Below, piece by piece: positions 25,618 to 38,945 of a DNA stretch of 64,000 nucleotides. Below the pieces are notes generated by a model. That model was not told the DNA's origin, made no database searches, and saw only the letters and a program-made list of their open reading frames with translations. Source of the stretch: Squalus acanthias (taxonomy: Eukaryota); NCBI GenBank assembly GCA_030390025.1, contig CM059425.1:162380001-162444000 (forward strand). Direction: 5' to 3'. Positions within the stretch are counted from its first letter, which is position 1; the number at the start of each line of letters is the position of its first letter. A program made the position numbers and the translations under genes.

Positions 25618-26074
25618 TATGTGTTTTGTTTTATCAATGTGGTGTGAGTTACTTTGCTACATTTGTTAAGTCTTCCCTTTTGTCATTTATGTACAAAAGT
25701 GAATGAGGCAGAATGCAGCTATTAAAAGAGCTTGACAATTGGCCATTAAATTCATTGTGGTCTGTTATCATTGCAAAACTCCTGTAAAGCTTAGATTTTT
25801 GCGTCATTTGATTTCACTTAGCTCTATAAAAAGTCAAAAACTGAGAAAATTGCAAGCAAAGATTACTGGTCCATTTGAATTATTATCCTCCCTTCTCCCA
25901 CAAAGTAAAGCTTGGTACCGTCTTCAAACCTTTGTTTTTGTGGGTTTAGCATAGTAAAAAGCTAATAAAATTTCAAGGTTCTTAACCCAGTGCCCTCACT
26001 AATCTCCTTTTTTCATGAAAAACAGACTGCAGTTTGAAAATGCAATTAAAATGGTGTTAAATGGTGTAATCTAC

Positions 26075-27495
26075 AACATAAGAAAAGTCACAGATAGGAA
26101 AAGGGCATTCAGTTCATCAAAGCCCATCCCTCTAATACCCTAATTCTTCCATTATAGCAGTTGACTGTTTTATGAATGCCCTTAATGCTTCTGCCTCTAT
26201 CTTGCAGATTTTTCAAAACATTTATTATTCTTTGAGCAAGGAATTTCTACCAATATCTGTTTTAAATTTACTTTTCATGAATTTATGCCCTTTGCTCCCA
26301 CTTTTCTGGTTTAATTTGAAGTTAATATCCTAGAAATTTGTTTATGCCCATTTTCAGGCCTGAAATAGTTGGCATACTAGGAGCATGCGGCAGAAGCTGG
26401 AGGCCTGAGGCTTGCTTAAAATTAGGCTTCAGGTTTCATCAGCATATTTCCAGTCAGCTGTGGGCACCTGTCGTGCCTTCAGAGGCTGCTCGCTGGTGTA
26501 CTAGACTCCAAGTTGGGCTGGCTGCCTGGGGGCTGGGAGAGTTTTCTGGTCCTCCCAGCTCCACAGGAAGGTAAGTACAGGAAACTCTTTATTAACCGGC
26601 ACCGACGGGACCGGCGTGGTGCCGGTTTATCGAAAGTACCGGATAACGGAGAGTTATATCTACCGAGGCTATTTTTAACAAAGAAAAATAAATAAATCAA
26701 GAAATGTGCAGTATACTTCCGACAGCGCCAAGAGGCCGAGTAGTGGCACTTTTGAAAACTACCCCTACTGACTAAATCGGCGTTCGCGGACTCGGACTCG
26801 GGATCGGCAACATTGCCGGTTATTTGAGAGGAGTTTTCGGAGTACTCGGCGTTCGCGGAGACTCGACTGCGACTCGGCAACATTGCCGGTTATTTGAGAG
26901 GAGTTTTCAGAGGATGATTTTTGCCGGTTAAGCGAGAATTCCGGATATTTGGGTGCCGGATAAACAAAAGTTTCCTGTATATATAAACCAGCCATTTTGC
27001 TGACGGCCGAAGGAAAACCTCAGCACTGACCAAGGAGAGGGGTCCTGAAACAGGTGTTAGGTCCCTCATTATCATATGCAAGGGGTCTAATCCTGTTTTA
27101 GGTGGCCGCTAGGGACAGCTGAATATCGTCCGAGCAATATGGGGGTCGGACATATTTTAGGTGTCCTTGGGGCACCAGACATAGCCCCACGATATTGGTA
27201 ATTGTTCCCCTGTATTATGCCCGAAAAATAGGTGAAACGGAGTCCAATTTCGCAGCCAAATTCTTGGTTTACCTTATCTATACCATTTAATATTTAAGGT
27301 CCGCCCTTAACTGCCTTCTTTGTTGAGCTTGAGCTTCTCTAGTCTTTCCTCATAGCTCGTTCTCTTTACATTTGGGATCAGTCTTGCTACTTTGTGCCCT
27401 TTTGCAAAGTCTGTACATCATTTTTAGTGGCATGGTGACCAGAATTGAACCAAAAATTCCAAGTGCAGTCTAAACAATGCATTGTAAAGACTACA
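26075..27495 (-). mobile_element. Old CR1 3' end interrupted by a Harbinger-like MITE (about 26328-27258), itself interrupted by the 26578 element
   Basis: AACATAAGAA tail and degenerate CR1 3' sequence on both sides; inner ends CCTAGAAATTTG and CCAATTTCGCAGCC. Confidence 0.55.
26578..26977. mobile_element. Second pogo/Tigger-like TIR element, same ends as 18435-19160
   Basis: TA|CAGGAAACTCTTTATTAACCGGCACCGACGGGACCGGCGTGGTGCCGG ... GGTGCCGGATAAACAAAAGTTTCCTG|TA. Confidence 0.88.
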
Positions 27496-30400
27496 CTTTA
27501 TTGTTCAGGATATATATACCAGATTTTGAGTGCAAGCTTGAATCTGACTTTTTTTTAAAAAATGGATTACGTTTGAGTTTTAAAATATTTTGTTAGAAGT
27601 GGTAAAACATGTATCTGTGTAATTTTAATGGCTAGAATTACAAGTCATGAGAGTGAAAAGAAAGTTACAAAAAATAACAGGATGCATTGGTTATGAAATA
27701 ATATAGGGGTGAAATATCTTTTCTTGTGAAAAAAGGGAGAATTGCTTAATTAATGACTTACGAAGGAAATCATAGCTTTGAAATGTCTGATTTCAGAGAA
27801 TTTGATTTCGTTAGTGAGTGATTAACTCCACAGAAAACAGTCATTCTCCTGTTTTTATTCGTAGAGGAATTTCACTCCAAGCTGTGACTTGTACACTTAA
27901 GGTCATTAATTATTGATGAAATGATTTACTTTGCTGCAGCTATACATATTGACAATTACTGAAATTACAAAAGTAATGTCACTTCAACTGAAAATGCAGA
28001 TAAATAATGCAGCTCCTGTCACTACTTTAAGATGTAATATGGCCTTTGTTCTCTGTAAGGGAGAAAATTAATTTGTAATATGCATAAATGCTGTTGTAAT
28101 GATAGCTTAAAACAAAAGTATTAAAACTCTCTCATTAATTCAAGCATTGCCACTAAATGTGGAAGGCTACTCCTGTAGTCTTGCTCTCTTCTGGCATCTT
28201 GCAGAATACGGCACTTGATCTGTTGGAATAAATATTCACAGACAAACATTTGTAAGCTCTGTTGCCTATTTTCACCTTCTATAATCTTTGTATGTGAATC
28301 TTTGAAAAAACGGTCAAACTGACAATTTTCAAAGATAAATAGGAAACCACATTGTAGGAACCTGAGGCTGTTTCTTTTTTTATAAATATATTAGAAGTAC
28401 AAGACAAACCTGCATTTTTCTTACAAGTGCATCTGTTTTGAATTAGGCATGTGTAAAGTTATTCAAAACTTCAGCAGAGCTCTGAAGAAATTTGTTGACA
28501 TTTTCTGCACAAGCCATAGAAAAAATAGGACAGGAAAGAGGAGGCGGTCAGTGGGATCAGAGTTCGGCTTTACTTAAACCAATTCCACATGCCCCACAAA
28601 CCATTAGCTGTTTTCTATTTCCTGTGCTGAAGGCTTATAGGAAAAATAATCTAGGCAGTGAAGAGCCCAGCTTGTTTTTCTTCAACAAGCTGCTGTGTTA
28701 GCAAATAGAATTCATAGGACAACTTTGAACAACTGTGGCCCTCACTAATACCGTTTGAAGCACAACTGGTGTTTCCTTTCGATTCCAAGATGGCTGGTAA
28801 ATGGAATCAATTTCAACACTTTCTGGCTACAATAGGAAGTTTCTGGAAATAATTATCAGCCTAATACAGAAGAGGGTATATTCTACAGCTGGTTAAATGA
28901 CATTTCATTTCCATGATTGCATTTTCTTTTACTCACAGGTTTTAGTAATTATTGCGCCAAAATATTGCTATCATTCCAACTGCATAAAATGACATATTTA
29001 AAAAAACTATTCAGAAAAAGTTTATGTGAAGATCAGTAACCTGAGCAACTGGGTAATGATTTAAAGCATATTGTGTTTAAGTATTCAACACAAGTAAAAC
29101 TCCAGTCTTTACAATTTTGTAGAAACACTAAAGGAAGTTAACTGCAATGGTTTTGCAATTTACTACAAATCTGACAAAGCTGGAGGAAGGGCTTTCATCA
29201 GTCTTCTGTACATTCATTGCTTGTAGATTTGTGGTGTTGCTATTGAACATTAAAAAATTGTCTTGCTGTAAATGTCATTTTTTTGTCTTGCATTCTCTAA
29301 TCCTTCAGTCTTTGTCTTTCTAATTGTCTTCCACTCTTTCTGTCTACTTCATTCTCTGTATGCTCTAACACACTCTCATTGTTGTCCCTTTATCTGTCTA
29401 TTTATCTGACTTTTTCTCACTCTTTTTCTCTACTTCATTCTCTAAATCCTTGCTTCCCTTTGTCTCCTCTCCCTTCTATGTCTTGTACTTTCTCTCACTC
29501 TCTCTCTCTCTATGCCTCTCACAGATGTTCCATCAGCGATTACTTTAATTTGTATTGTTTACCTTTTTTAAAGCCCAGAGCATGAAGCAAGATGACAACC
29601 AACATGTACTGGGTTAAATGTGGGTTTAGGGACCAAAATTTATTTTGTATAGTTCACATAATGATTGCGCATTTATTTCATTTAACTGGCAGTGTATATA
29701 GTTTATATGTTATATGCAGTTTATGGAACTGGTAGCTTGGAATTCGTACCACTATATTGTGTACAATTTATTTAGTACAGCCAGAATTTATTTGCCATGT
29801 CTCTGGTGTTTCTTCAGGATAACGGACATTTCCTATTGCATCCCCAAGCATGACAAGTTAAACTTTTCAGCTTTCTCGGTCCCTTAAGTTTTCTGGAAAA
29901 CATTTCCCACAATTTTGGTTAGTAGCTTCTTTATTTTAATATTAATTCTAATGCAATTGATATTCTATAAGTGGAATTTATTTGGAATCCGTGGACTCAC
30001 TGCAAATGTTTGGTCCAAACAAATGAATCTTACAGTACAATCAAACCTTATTTCATAGCTGTGAGGGTAGGAATACATAGATTGGTGCCAAGTGGATAGG
30101 CCTGCTGCCTGGTTGTAGAGTTATGTCGGTGAGTCTTCTGCACAAACATTGCTAAGCTGTGCCACACTGTGTACTAAAGAGGTGTGGACATGTATGGCAG
30201 TCACTGCTAGTGAGGCCGGATGTATGTGGGGATCAAGGCTTGTGATGCCGAAAGTGGGGAGCATCAGGCCATTCGTGGAAGAACATTGCTGATGATGTGA
30301 TTGAAAAGTGGGAACGGTACATTTACAAATAAGTTTACGATTTTTTTCTGCGAACTGTTGAATGTTTTAAGCTGTTTATTTTGAGACAAATCTTTCTTTA

Positions 30401-30964
30401 ACGGGGTATATAACAGGGTGCGGGGACTGTCATGGTGGAGAAATTTTGTTTTTGCTTCATTGCGATTGAGTAAGTTTTTTTTCCAACAGATTAATTGTTT
30501 GGTTTTATCAAAAGTTTTATCATATGGGAAAATCCCTGACATTTATGTCATTAGTGGCATTCCTGAAATTGTGTTTAAGTGTTTTTTTTTATAGATCGTG
30601 ACATTTATTTGTAGGCAGAGACATTATTTTGATTGGCTGTCTGAAAATATGCAATCAATGAGAATGCATGAATGTGACACTTCAGGCACTGCATTCCCTG
30701 TTTTATATCCCTCTACATCATCCATAGCCAAGGGCAGGGGGGAGATGGGAGGGGGGTGAGAGTGGAGGGATAGCACTCTGTCAGTGCCACTGTCATCAGC
30801 TACTAAGAGGAGTGTGACAGCATCTCCTGGGTTATGACTGTGCCACCCTTAGCTGAAATTGAAAGCTGACATGTGGGCAGTTACATGCCTGATCCTAGCA
30901 GTCTACCATCATTTAGCACAATGTATTGGTGTTTTCCCATGCTGTGCCACTGTTCTGCATCTAT

Positions 30965-31838
30965 GGGGGGAATTTTAACCTCAGAAAACAGGTGGGTTTG
31001 GGTCGGGTGGGAGGTTAAAGTGTTAAAAAATCTGGAATCCTGACCCCAACCCACCCACTTCAGGTTTTAACGGAGGCGGGATGGGGGCGGGCAGCCAAAC
31101 CGTTCCCAGGAGGCGGGTCGGCAATTTAAATATAATGAGGCTGCAAGCCTCAGATTTAACCACCATTTCAAATTTAACTCTGGCTGGTCGGGCTTCTCAG
31201 GCCTTGGGGAACCCGCCAGCTAATGGGAGGCAAGGACCATTGGATCCAGGAAGTAAGTGTCTTTACACTTACCTCCTGGATTTAGCGTCCCTGCCTCACC
31301 CACCCAATGCGATCGGACCCCCCCCCCCCCACCTCAAGGCCTCCGATCCCCCTCATGTGGCCTCTTATTCCCCCTCTGAGGCCTCCGATCCCCCCCACAC
31401 GAAGCCTCCGATCCCCTTCACGAGGTCTCCGATCCCCCCCATCCCCACGAAGCCTCCAAACCCCCTCCGACCCTCGCTCGCCTTCACGGACTCCTCCCTC
31501 CAGCCCCGATGCTCCTTCAGCCAACGCTCATCCTCTCCCCACCCCCCTCACCCTCCCTGATGCTCCTCCGGCCGGCCCCGATCCTCACCCCACCACACCC
31601 ACCCCCCCATCACTGATGCTCCTCCGGCCGGCCCCAAACCTCTCTCTCCCCCCCACTCACCTTTGGTGCTGCTGCAGCTGGTCCCGATCCTCCAGCCCCT
31701 GACCAACAGCACCCCCCCCACCCCCCGATCCCTCCCTCCTCTCTGCATTAAATTTAGCAAGGCCTGTGGGAAACCCATTCTCCCGATCGCTTTCTAGCGC
31801 GCCTGCTCCCGACCCGCCTCCAGATTAAAAATCCGGCC
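30965..31838 (+). mobile_element. Harbinger-like MITE, family B, with C-rich internal repeats
   Basis: TAT|GGGGGGAATTTTAACC ... GATTAAAAATCCGGCC|TAT; internal GCCTCCGATCCCCC repeats. Confidence 0.75.
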
Positions 31839-32323
31839 TATATGTCTATATTGGAATCTTATTATTAGAGTGCATTCCATGCTGCAAGTTTTTAATTGTA
31901 AGAGATTTCAGACAGGTTCAAATTCAACTTTGAGGTTCAGAAGGTAATATTTACTAGTGCAACATACACTTCAGACTTAACATTAATATCAACTACATAA
32001 AGTGATTAAAATGATACTTTCTACACAACATCTGGATCATTATTAACACATAATTAAAAATGTTTATTTTCTGTTGTTCCACTGTCCCACAAAAATTGAT
32101 AAGATTGTAATACTATCATACCACTAACATGACATTTGTACCTTCATGCATATGCCACCTTCATAAACTTTTCACCTTACAGCTCATAACATTACCAGAA
32201 CTACCTGACTAAATTACTGCCTTGCAACTCACTGCCAGGTATTTCTTATTCTATGTGCTGTTATTACTGAACATGAACTGGAACTAAAGCTGCATTAGCC
32301 ACTCATTACTCAAAAGGAACTTT

Positions 32324-32992
32324 GGGGGAGATATTCGGTGGTTAGCGCCTCCCATTAGCGCCCCTGGGGGGCGCTAACGGGGCGCTAACGACTTACCGCC
32401 CAGGCGTGGTGAGATGAACGATTCCCCATAACTTGGCCGGGAGGCTGGCGGTAACACTTTGCGCCACGATCCCCTGCGCCCGGAGATCGTGACGTCATTG
32501 CCGTGTGCATTGCCCCCGACCCGAACTTTGGTTCCACTCCCTGCAGCATCACCGGGCAAAAACACCGACAGCTGCAGGAGGCATTCATCAGGAGGCCGGG
32601 CACTTCGGGGCGGAAGTTAAAGGGGAGGTTGCCGAGGTAAGTAGGAAAATTTCTAAAATGCTTTTTTTCAATTTTTTTCAATTCTCCTGGGCCACGATCG
32701 ATCAGCCCGGCACTCTGCTGGAGTGCATGGGGCTGATCGGGCTGGATCACGGCTGCCGTCAGGGACCAGCTAACTGGTCCCAATGCAGAGCCTGCAGCGA
32801 TGGCCCTTCCCTTTAAGGGAGGGAAGGAGCCTCTGATCTTGGCAGCACTGCACGGGACATTGTTCAGCGCTGCACCACTACTGCCCCGCCTGCGTCCTTT
32901 AGCGCTCCAGGAAGGAAGTGGAGCCTGGCGCTATGTTTCCCAGCTTTCAAAAGTTACCACCCCCAAACGAGGCGATACCGAATTTCTCCCCC
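32324..32992 (+). mobile_element. Harbinger-like MITE, family A
   Basis: TTT|GGGGGAGATATTCGGT ... ACCGAATTTCTCCCCC|TTT. Confidence 0.85.
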
Positions 32993-33058
32993 TTTTTGTT
33001 TTCCAAAGGAAACTTAAAAGAGATAAAATATTGCTGTGGACATCTGCTAAAGCAGTTT

Positions 33059-33517
33059 CCCTCACCTCTGTCAATAAAATTAGTATTAATGTGCCAGAAA
33101 CCTCAGAGTAATTTCAGAGAATGCAGCATATTAACATTACCCACAGGCTTAATACTGTAAGAATCAGCATTTTTAAGGTCACACTGTAATGTGCCCAAAA
33201 ACACTCATCAGTATGAAACACACATAAGCTCCTGTCCACTTTTAGGACAACCTAATCTTGCTCATTTATTCTTCACCACATCGTTAAATAGTAAGCTTAA
33301 AAGGACAGATGTTCTACCTGTATTAAAAATAACACTAGCTTGTACATTCTTAACAAATAATATTCTTTTCACTTGTTCTATATGGATGGTGTCATGGCAC
33401 CTTTCAAGCAATTAAATGCATTGTCTGTCAATCCTTTCACAAGGCAGCTGTGCAATAGCACATTTCATTACAAAATATGCTAGCTATTAATGCTAATTTT
33501 ATTGACAGAGGTGAGGG
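33059..33517. repeat. 32-bp inverted repeat pair with 395-bp spacer
   Basis: CCCTCACCTCTGTCAATAAAATTAGTATTAAT (33059-33090) versus ATTAATGCTAATTTTATTGACAGAGGTGAGGG (33486-33517): 31 of 32 complementary. Confidence 0.9.
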
Positions 33518-34744
33518 GATTTAGTTAAGTGAGCAGCAAGAAAGAGTAATACAAAATCATTCACCTTACGTGAGTTTTTTAACAGCCCACTTTTCCCTGT
33601 TTTTCAAGCTGTTTGACTGTATGAGATTGCATACTATATGAAATCACGTACTCTATCTCACATTCAAGAAACTTGCAGTTTATCACAGGTCGGTTAACAG
33701 AGTAAATTCAGAAAATGGTGAAAGCAATCACTACTTGTTTAATCACTGTGAGAAGAGAATCTGTACAGACACCCAATTAGCTGGTTTCCCAGTGATGGGC
33801 GAGTTCATGCTTGTATTACCAAGCCATCCCATACCTCTTGAAAGAAGGATGCTATTTGCACTTTAGCACACAATCTGGAAATTCAACTTAAAGCAAGTGA
33901 AGATAGATTCACACCTTAATCAGCATCACCATTAGCTATCTCACTTCAGTAATTGTTCAGTATTTTAAGTCACAGTAATCTACTCGGTTCAGCTATAGCA
34001 AATACAAGTGAAATGGAAAAAATCATGATAGCTACTTAGGAGTGTGTGGCTTTTCTATATTATTACATGTAAATCTTTGAGGGTTGCAGTATTTTAGCAG
34101 TAAATTAAAAAATTATGATTAAGCATATGTTTTTTAAAAATGAGTACTAAAGTCACAAAATACTCTATTCCAACTACTGCAAAATGTTCAGTAGATGTGA
34201 ACAGTGTTGAAACACCTCTGTGGATGTTATGTGACTGAAATTCAGGAAGCGTGCTGTAAAATTAAAGAATCAAAGAGGAATTCTGGATTTGGAGCATTTT
34301 GTCAACACTGAAGTTTAACGAATGTTTATTAAAAAAAATATTTTGTTTTATTTAGTACTAAAATGCTACAATCTCGTCAAATATGACTCAAAAATAACAT
34401 TTATGCATTATGATCCAATTTGAATGATGACTGCTTTCCATACTAATATTTTTTTAAAAACCATTGCAAAATTCATTCAAAACATAAACTATAAAGTGGA
34501 CGTTAACTTTGGCAGTCAGCTTTTGAACAAGTCAAAGGTGCACTTATAGCGGAACATTTTCTGTGCTTTTTGGCACAACTACCATCGACAGTCAGCTGTC
34601 CCTGGGACTAAAACACTGACACTGTTTCAGCTGGAGTGGGTCCAGTGCTACTGTGGGTTTCAGGATTCTACTGGGTTGACCAGAAAGATTTTAGCCTCCC
34701 ATGGTGCAACCAAGTATTATGCCACAGCTTTGTTTAGCAAAATA

Positions 34745-35500
34745 TATTTTTTTCCCCTCGCCAATTTCCTCCCCTTCCTTTTCTCTTGAAAGTATTTATT
34801 TACTCCCTTACTGAGATAAAGTTCTGCGAGTGGCAGTGGCTCTCTGATACCTTGCCCAAGTGGCCATCATTCATGCGTGAGCTTCAACAGTGAGTATCAG
34901 CAGGCCATGGAGAACATCACAGCTAAGCCTGATCCTGTCCTCACTAAACATCCACGCACGCATGTAATTCCAACAAGGGTAGCTAGTGATCAAGTGCAGG
35001 AAGCCTGGGCAATTTTCCCTTTCCTAACCAAGGGGTACTGTGGCCAATTGTACTGCTGCCCTGAAACAAGAAAGACTGCATTTATACAGAGTCTTTCATG
35101 GCGTCAGGACATCCCAAAGTGCTTTACAGCTAATGAAGTACTTTTGAAGTTTAGTCACTGTTGTAATGTAGGAAACTCAGCAGGCAATTTGTGCACAGCA
35201 AGGAACCACAAACAGCAATGAGATAATGACCAGATAATCTGTTTCAGTGATGTTGTTCGAGGGATAAATATTGGCCAAAACACTAGGGAGAACTCCTCTG
35301 CTCTTCAAATAGTGTTATGGGATCATTTACGTCTGCCGGAGAGGGAAGACAGGGCCTTGGTTTAACGTCTCATCCAAAAGACGGCACCTCCGACAGTGCA
35401 GCACCCCCTCAGTACTGCCCTGGCTGAAATAAGCTAACTCAATATAGCCCAGGGATTGGACTTGTTGGCTCAGTGATGGTTACCTCTAAGGCGTCAGGGA
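34745..35500 (-). mobile_element. Old SINE interrupted by a Deu-SINE; related copies at about 4225-4500, 15170-15400, 30080-30300 and 37110-37490
   Basis: Shared block CCTGATCCTGTCCTC / GACAGGATCGGC and a TAACTCAGCATAG-like head among the copies. Confidence 0.5.
35066..35422 (-). mobile_element. Deu-domain SINE
   Basis: GGATAAATATTGGCCAAAACACTAGGGAGAACTCCTCTGCTCTT...GACGGCACCTCCGACAGTGCAGCAC; tail GACTGCATTTATA. Confidence 0.8.
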
Positions 35501-35779
35501 AACCAAGATGGTTTGCCTTAGCCAAATTGCAAACCTAGTTTACACTGTAATTAGTCTAGCTGTCAGTATTGGCGCTGCATGACCACTCTCCCTCCTCTCC
35601 ACTCCTACATTTACATATGTCTCTTTTTTAACTCTATGCAAAGTGGGGCAAAGCTCTGTATAGATTTGAATGAAAAAGGTATAAATTTGGTACTGGTTTG
35701 CAATTCTGCTTTCTATAGTAAAGGGCTCAGTATTTGTCCTTTGAAGACCACACATTAGGTACTGGACATGAAATTTCCT

Positions 35780-36898
35780 GAAAATATACTAGCATGGACT
35801 GAGGATTGGTTAACGGACAGAAAACAGAGAGTAGGAATAAACGGGTCATTTTCAGATTGGCAAGCTGTAACTAGTGGGGTACCGCAAGGATCAGTGCTTG
35901 GGCCTCAGCTATTCACAATCTATATCAATGATTTGGATGAGGGGACCAAATGTAATATATCCAAGTTTGCTGATGATACAAAGCTAGGTGGGACTGTAAG
36001 TTATGAGGAGGATGCAAAGAGGCTTCAAGGGGATATAGACAGGCTAAGTGAATTGGCAAGAACATGGCAAATGGAATATAATGTGGAGAAATGTAAAGTT
36101 ATCCACTTTGGTAGGAAAAATAGAAAAGCAGAGTATTTTTTAAATAGTGAGAGATTGGGAAATGTTGGTGTTCAGAAGGACCTGGGTGTCTTGTACATGA
36201 ATCACTGAAAGTTAACATGCAGGTCCAGCAAGCAATTGGGAAAGTAAATGATATGTTGGCCTTTATTACAAGAGGATTTGAGTATAAGAGTAAAGACGTC
36301 TTACTGCAATTAAATAGGGCCCTGGTGAGACCACACCTGGAATACTGTGTACAGTTTTGGTCTCCTTACCTAGGGAAGGATATACTTGCTATAGAGGGAG
36401 TGCAACGAAGGTTCACTAGACTGGTTCCTGGGATGGATGAATTGCCCTATGAGGAGAGATTGAGTAGACTAGGCCTATATTCTCTAGAGTTTAGAAGAAT
36501 GAGAGGTGATCATTGAAACATACAAAATTCTTACAGGGCTTGACAGGGTAGATGCAGGGAGGATGTTTCCCCTGGCTGGGGAATCTAGGTCCAGGGGTCA
36601 CAGTCTCAGAATAAGGGGTCGGCCATTTAGGACTGAGATGAGGAGAAATTTCTTCACTCAAAGGGTGGTGAATCTTTGGAATTCTCTACCCCAGAGGGCT
36701 GTGGATGCTCAGTCATTGAGTATACTCAAGACAGACATCGACAGATTTTTGGATATTAAAGGGATCAAGGGATATGGGGATAGTGCAGGAAAGTGGAGTT
36801 GAGGTAGAAGATCAGCCATGATCTTAATGAATGGTGGAGCAGGCTCGAGGGGCCAAATGGCCTACTCCTGCTCCTATTTCTTATGTTCTTATGTTCTT
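35780..36898 (+). mobile_element. 5'-truncated CR1 LINE
   Basis: SGVPQGSVLGP, KFADDTKL, LVRPHLEYCVQFW; tail TTCTTATGTTCTTATGTTCTTA. Confidence 0.95.
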
Positions 36899-38304
36899 AA
36901 AAACAACGCCAAACCATTTATTGAGAAACTAGCAGTTATGGCATCAAAGTTGTTAGCCATTCAGCATGATCATAATCAAGCATCAGATGCACTTATATGG
37001 GGGAGGGAATAAACTTCACTAGAGACTGACTACAATAAGAGCTTGAGACAAATCGAAGAAAAAGGGGATTAAATTGGCTATGGACCACAATCACATTTAC
37101 AATATTGTTTCCAATTTTATTCCCCATCACTTCTGAAGGCTGATGCTGCCAGTCTCCGGTACTGCATCCGTAGCCATTTTTTATGTGTGAGCCTTCACAA
37201 AGAATGTTGGTAGGCTATTTGACTGTGGGGCATCATATCTAAGGTCTGATCCTGTCCTCCCCAGGCTTTTACTAGCAAAAGTCACTGGAGAGCAATTAGG
37301 AACAGGTAACCTTGCTGTGTTTTCTTTTCCCTGGCCTGGGGCCGTTTAGCCCAACTGCAATGCTCCTACCACTACAATGAGATCAATTAACTCAGCATAG
37401 ATGACATATCAAAGTTGGAATCTTTCTAGTCTCTATGGCTCAGTACCTTACCTTGCAGTGCATTTACCAGTTGAGCCATTGGGGAGCCAAACTTTCCATT
37501 TTTGAAGTTTATGATTAAATTTGCAGTTTCTCAAAATTGAAATTTCAAGCACAGTCCACTACATAGATTTTGTATTTCATTTTAGTCAGGGAAATCAAAG
37601 CTAACAACCACCTATTTTATTTACTGAATGACTGCCTATCTCCAATCTCTGCCACTGGGCATCTGCACACTCTGTACAGAAAACACGCGGTTGTGTGGAG
37701 TCTGATCTTGCAGCCAGATTGCATTTGTAATGTGATATTTGGTAAACAGCATATCTTAACAATAAGTGTAAAGCACAGAAATAATGCCTATGGGACCTTG
37801 CCATTTTAAGCGTGGTTTCAAATGGCAGCAACAAAAGTGACACAAATATCCTTGCTTGTTCAATACGCTGACAAAATAAGAGTAAGTGAAACAAACAGCT
37901 TTTTGTTACAAGTGCATCTGTTTTCTGTAATACAGCTGACTGTTTCATCAGTGAGCCAATGCATCTTAGAGAGAACTCATGAGAAGTGGTAAGAGCGATT
38001 ACAGTAAAGGCCAGGTCATCAAGATCTAAAATGGGAAAAAAGTGGAATGCCACATATCTGACCCTCCTGCAATCAACGTACAAGCAGAGAGGTAAAGGGA
38101 TCAGATAAGTGAGCATACACAAATTTCACAAGTAAAGGATACTATTAGACTCTACGTTGCCGTAACATTAAAGCAAGTTGTTCTCATTAAATTTATGGCA
38201 TACTGTACTCTGCAGATCCAGGAGTAACATTCTTAAAGTGTGTTGCAAAGCATGCATTTCCATGTGTAAATCCAGGTATGTGAACAGGACAATTGATCAG
38301 GACA

Positions 38305-38440
38305 CATTTTTTTTAAATATTCATTCTCAGGATATGAGCGTCCCTGGCAAGATCAGCGTTTATTGCCCATCCCTAGTTGCCCTGTGAAGATGGTGGTGAC
38401 CCTCCTTCTTGAACCACTGCAGTCCTTGTGGTGAAGGTAC
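38305..38440 (-). mobile_element. 3' tail fragment of the 58678-type LINE or its partner SINE
   Basis: TTTATTGCCCATCCCTAGTTGCCCT...CTTCTTGAACCACTGCAGTCC matches the reverse complement of about 60790-60905. Confidence 0.75.
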
Positions 38441-38449
38441 CATTAGGAT

Positions 38450-38945
38450 ATGGTAGCGTGGTTGTTATGGTACTGGACTAGTAATCCAGAGATCGGGACT
38501 AATGCAAGATGATAAAAGGATGATAAGTTCAAATCCCACCATGGCAGTTTGACAATTGAATTCAGTTCTTAAAAAATCTGGTAATATAAAGCTGGTACCA
38601 GTAAAAGTGATCATGAAGCTGTCGGATTCTTGTAAACATCCAACTGCGATGTTCCCGCTAATTTCTTTTGGGTGCGCGGCCCCTTTAACGGGCTGCGGGG
38701 CCCATTCAATTTCTTGCGCATGCGCGGTTATTCCAATTATAAAGCCGTTGAGCAGCCTGTACGGGACCTCCAGATCGCTGCAAGGCATTGCAGCTTAACA
38801 GAAACATTGCCCAACTGGTTCACTTATGCCCTTTAGAGAAGAATATCTGCTGCCCTTACCTGGTCTGGCCTATATGTGACTCCAATCCTACACCAACTGT
38901 CCTCTGAAGTGGCCTAGCAAGCCATTCAGTTGTATCAAACTTATG
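38450..38945 (+). mobile_element. tRNA-derived SINE (same family as 16948), interrupted by a hAT MITE
   Basis: GGACTAGTAATCCAGAG...AGTTCAAATCCCACC...GGTCTGGCCTATATGTGACTCC. Confidence 0.8.
38647..38809. mobile_element. hAT-like MITE (163 bp)
   Basis: 8-bp TSD TCCAACTG / CCCAACTG; TIRs CGATGTTCCCGCTAA / TTAACAGAAACATTG. Confidence 0.8.

Noticed and set aside
37601..38122. 173-aa minus-strand ORF in unique sequence
   Set aside because: No recognisable motifs, non-ATG start and no convincing splice signals.
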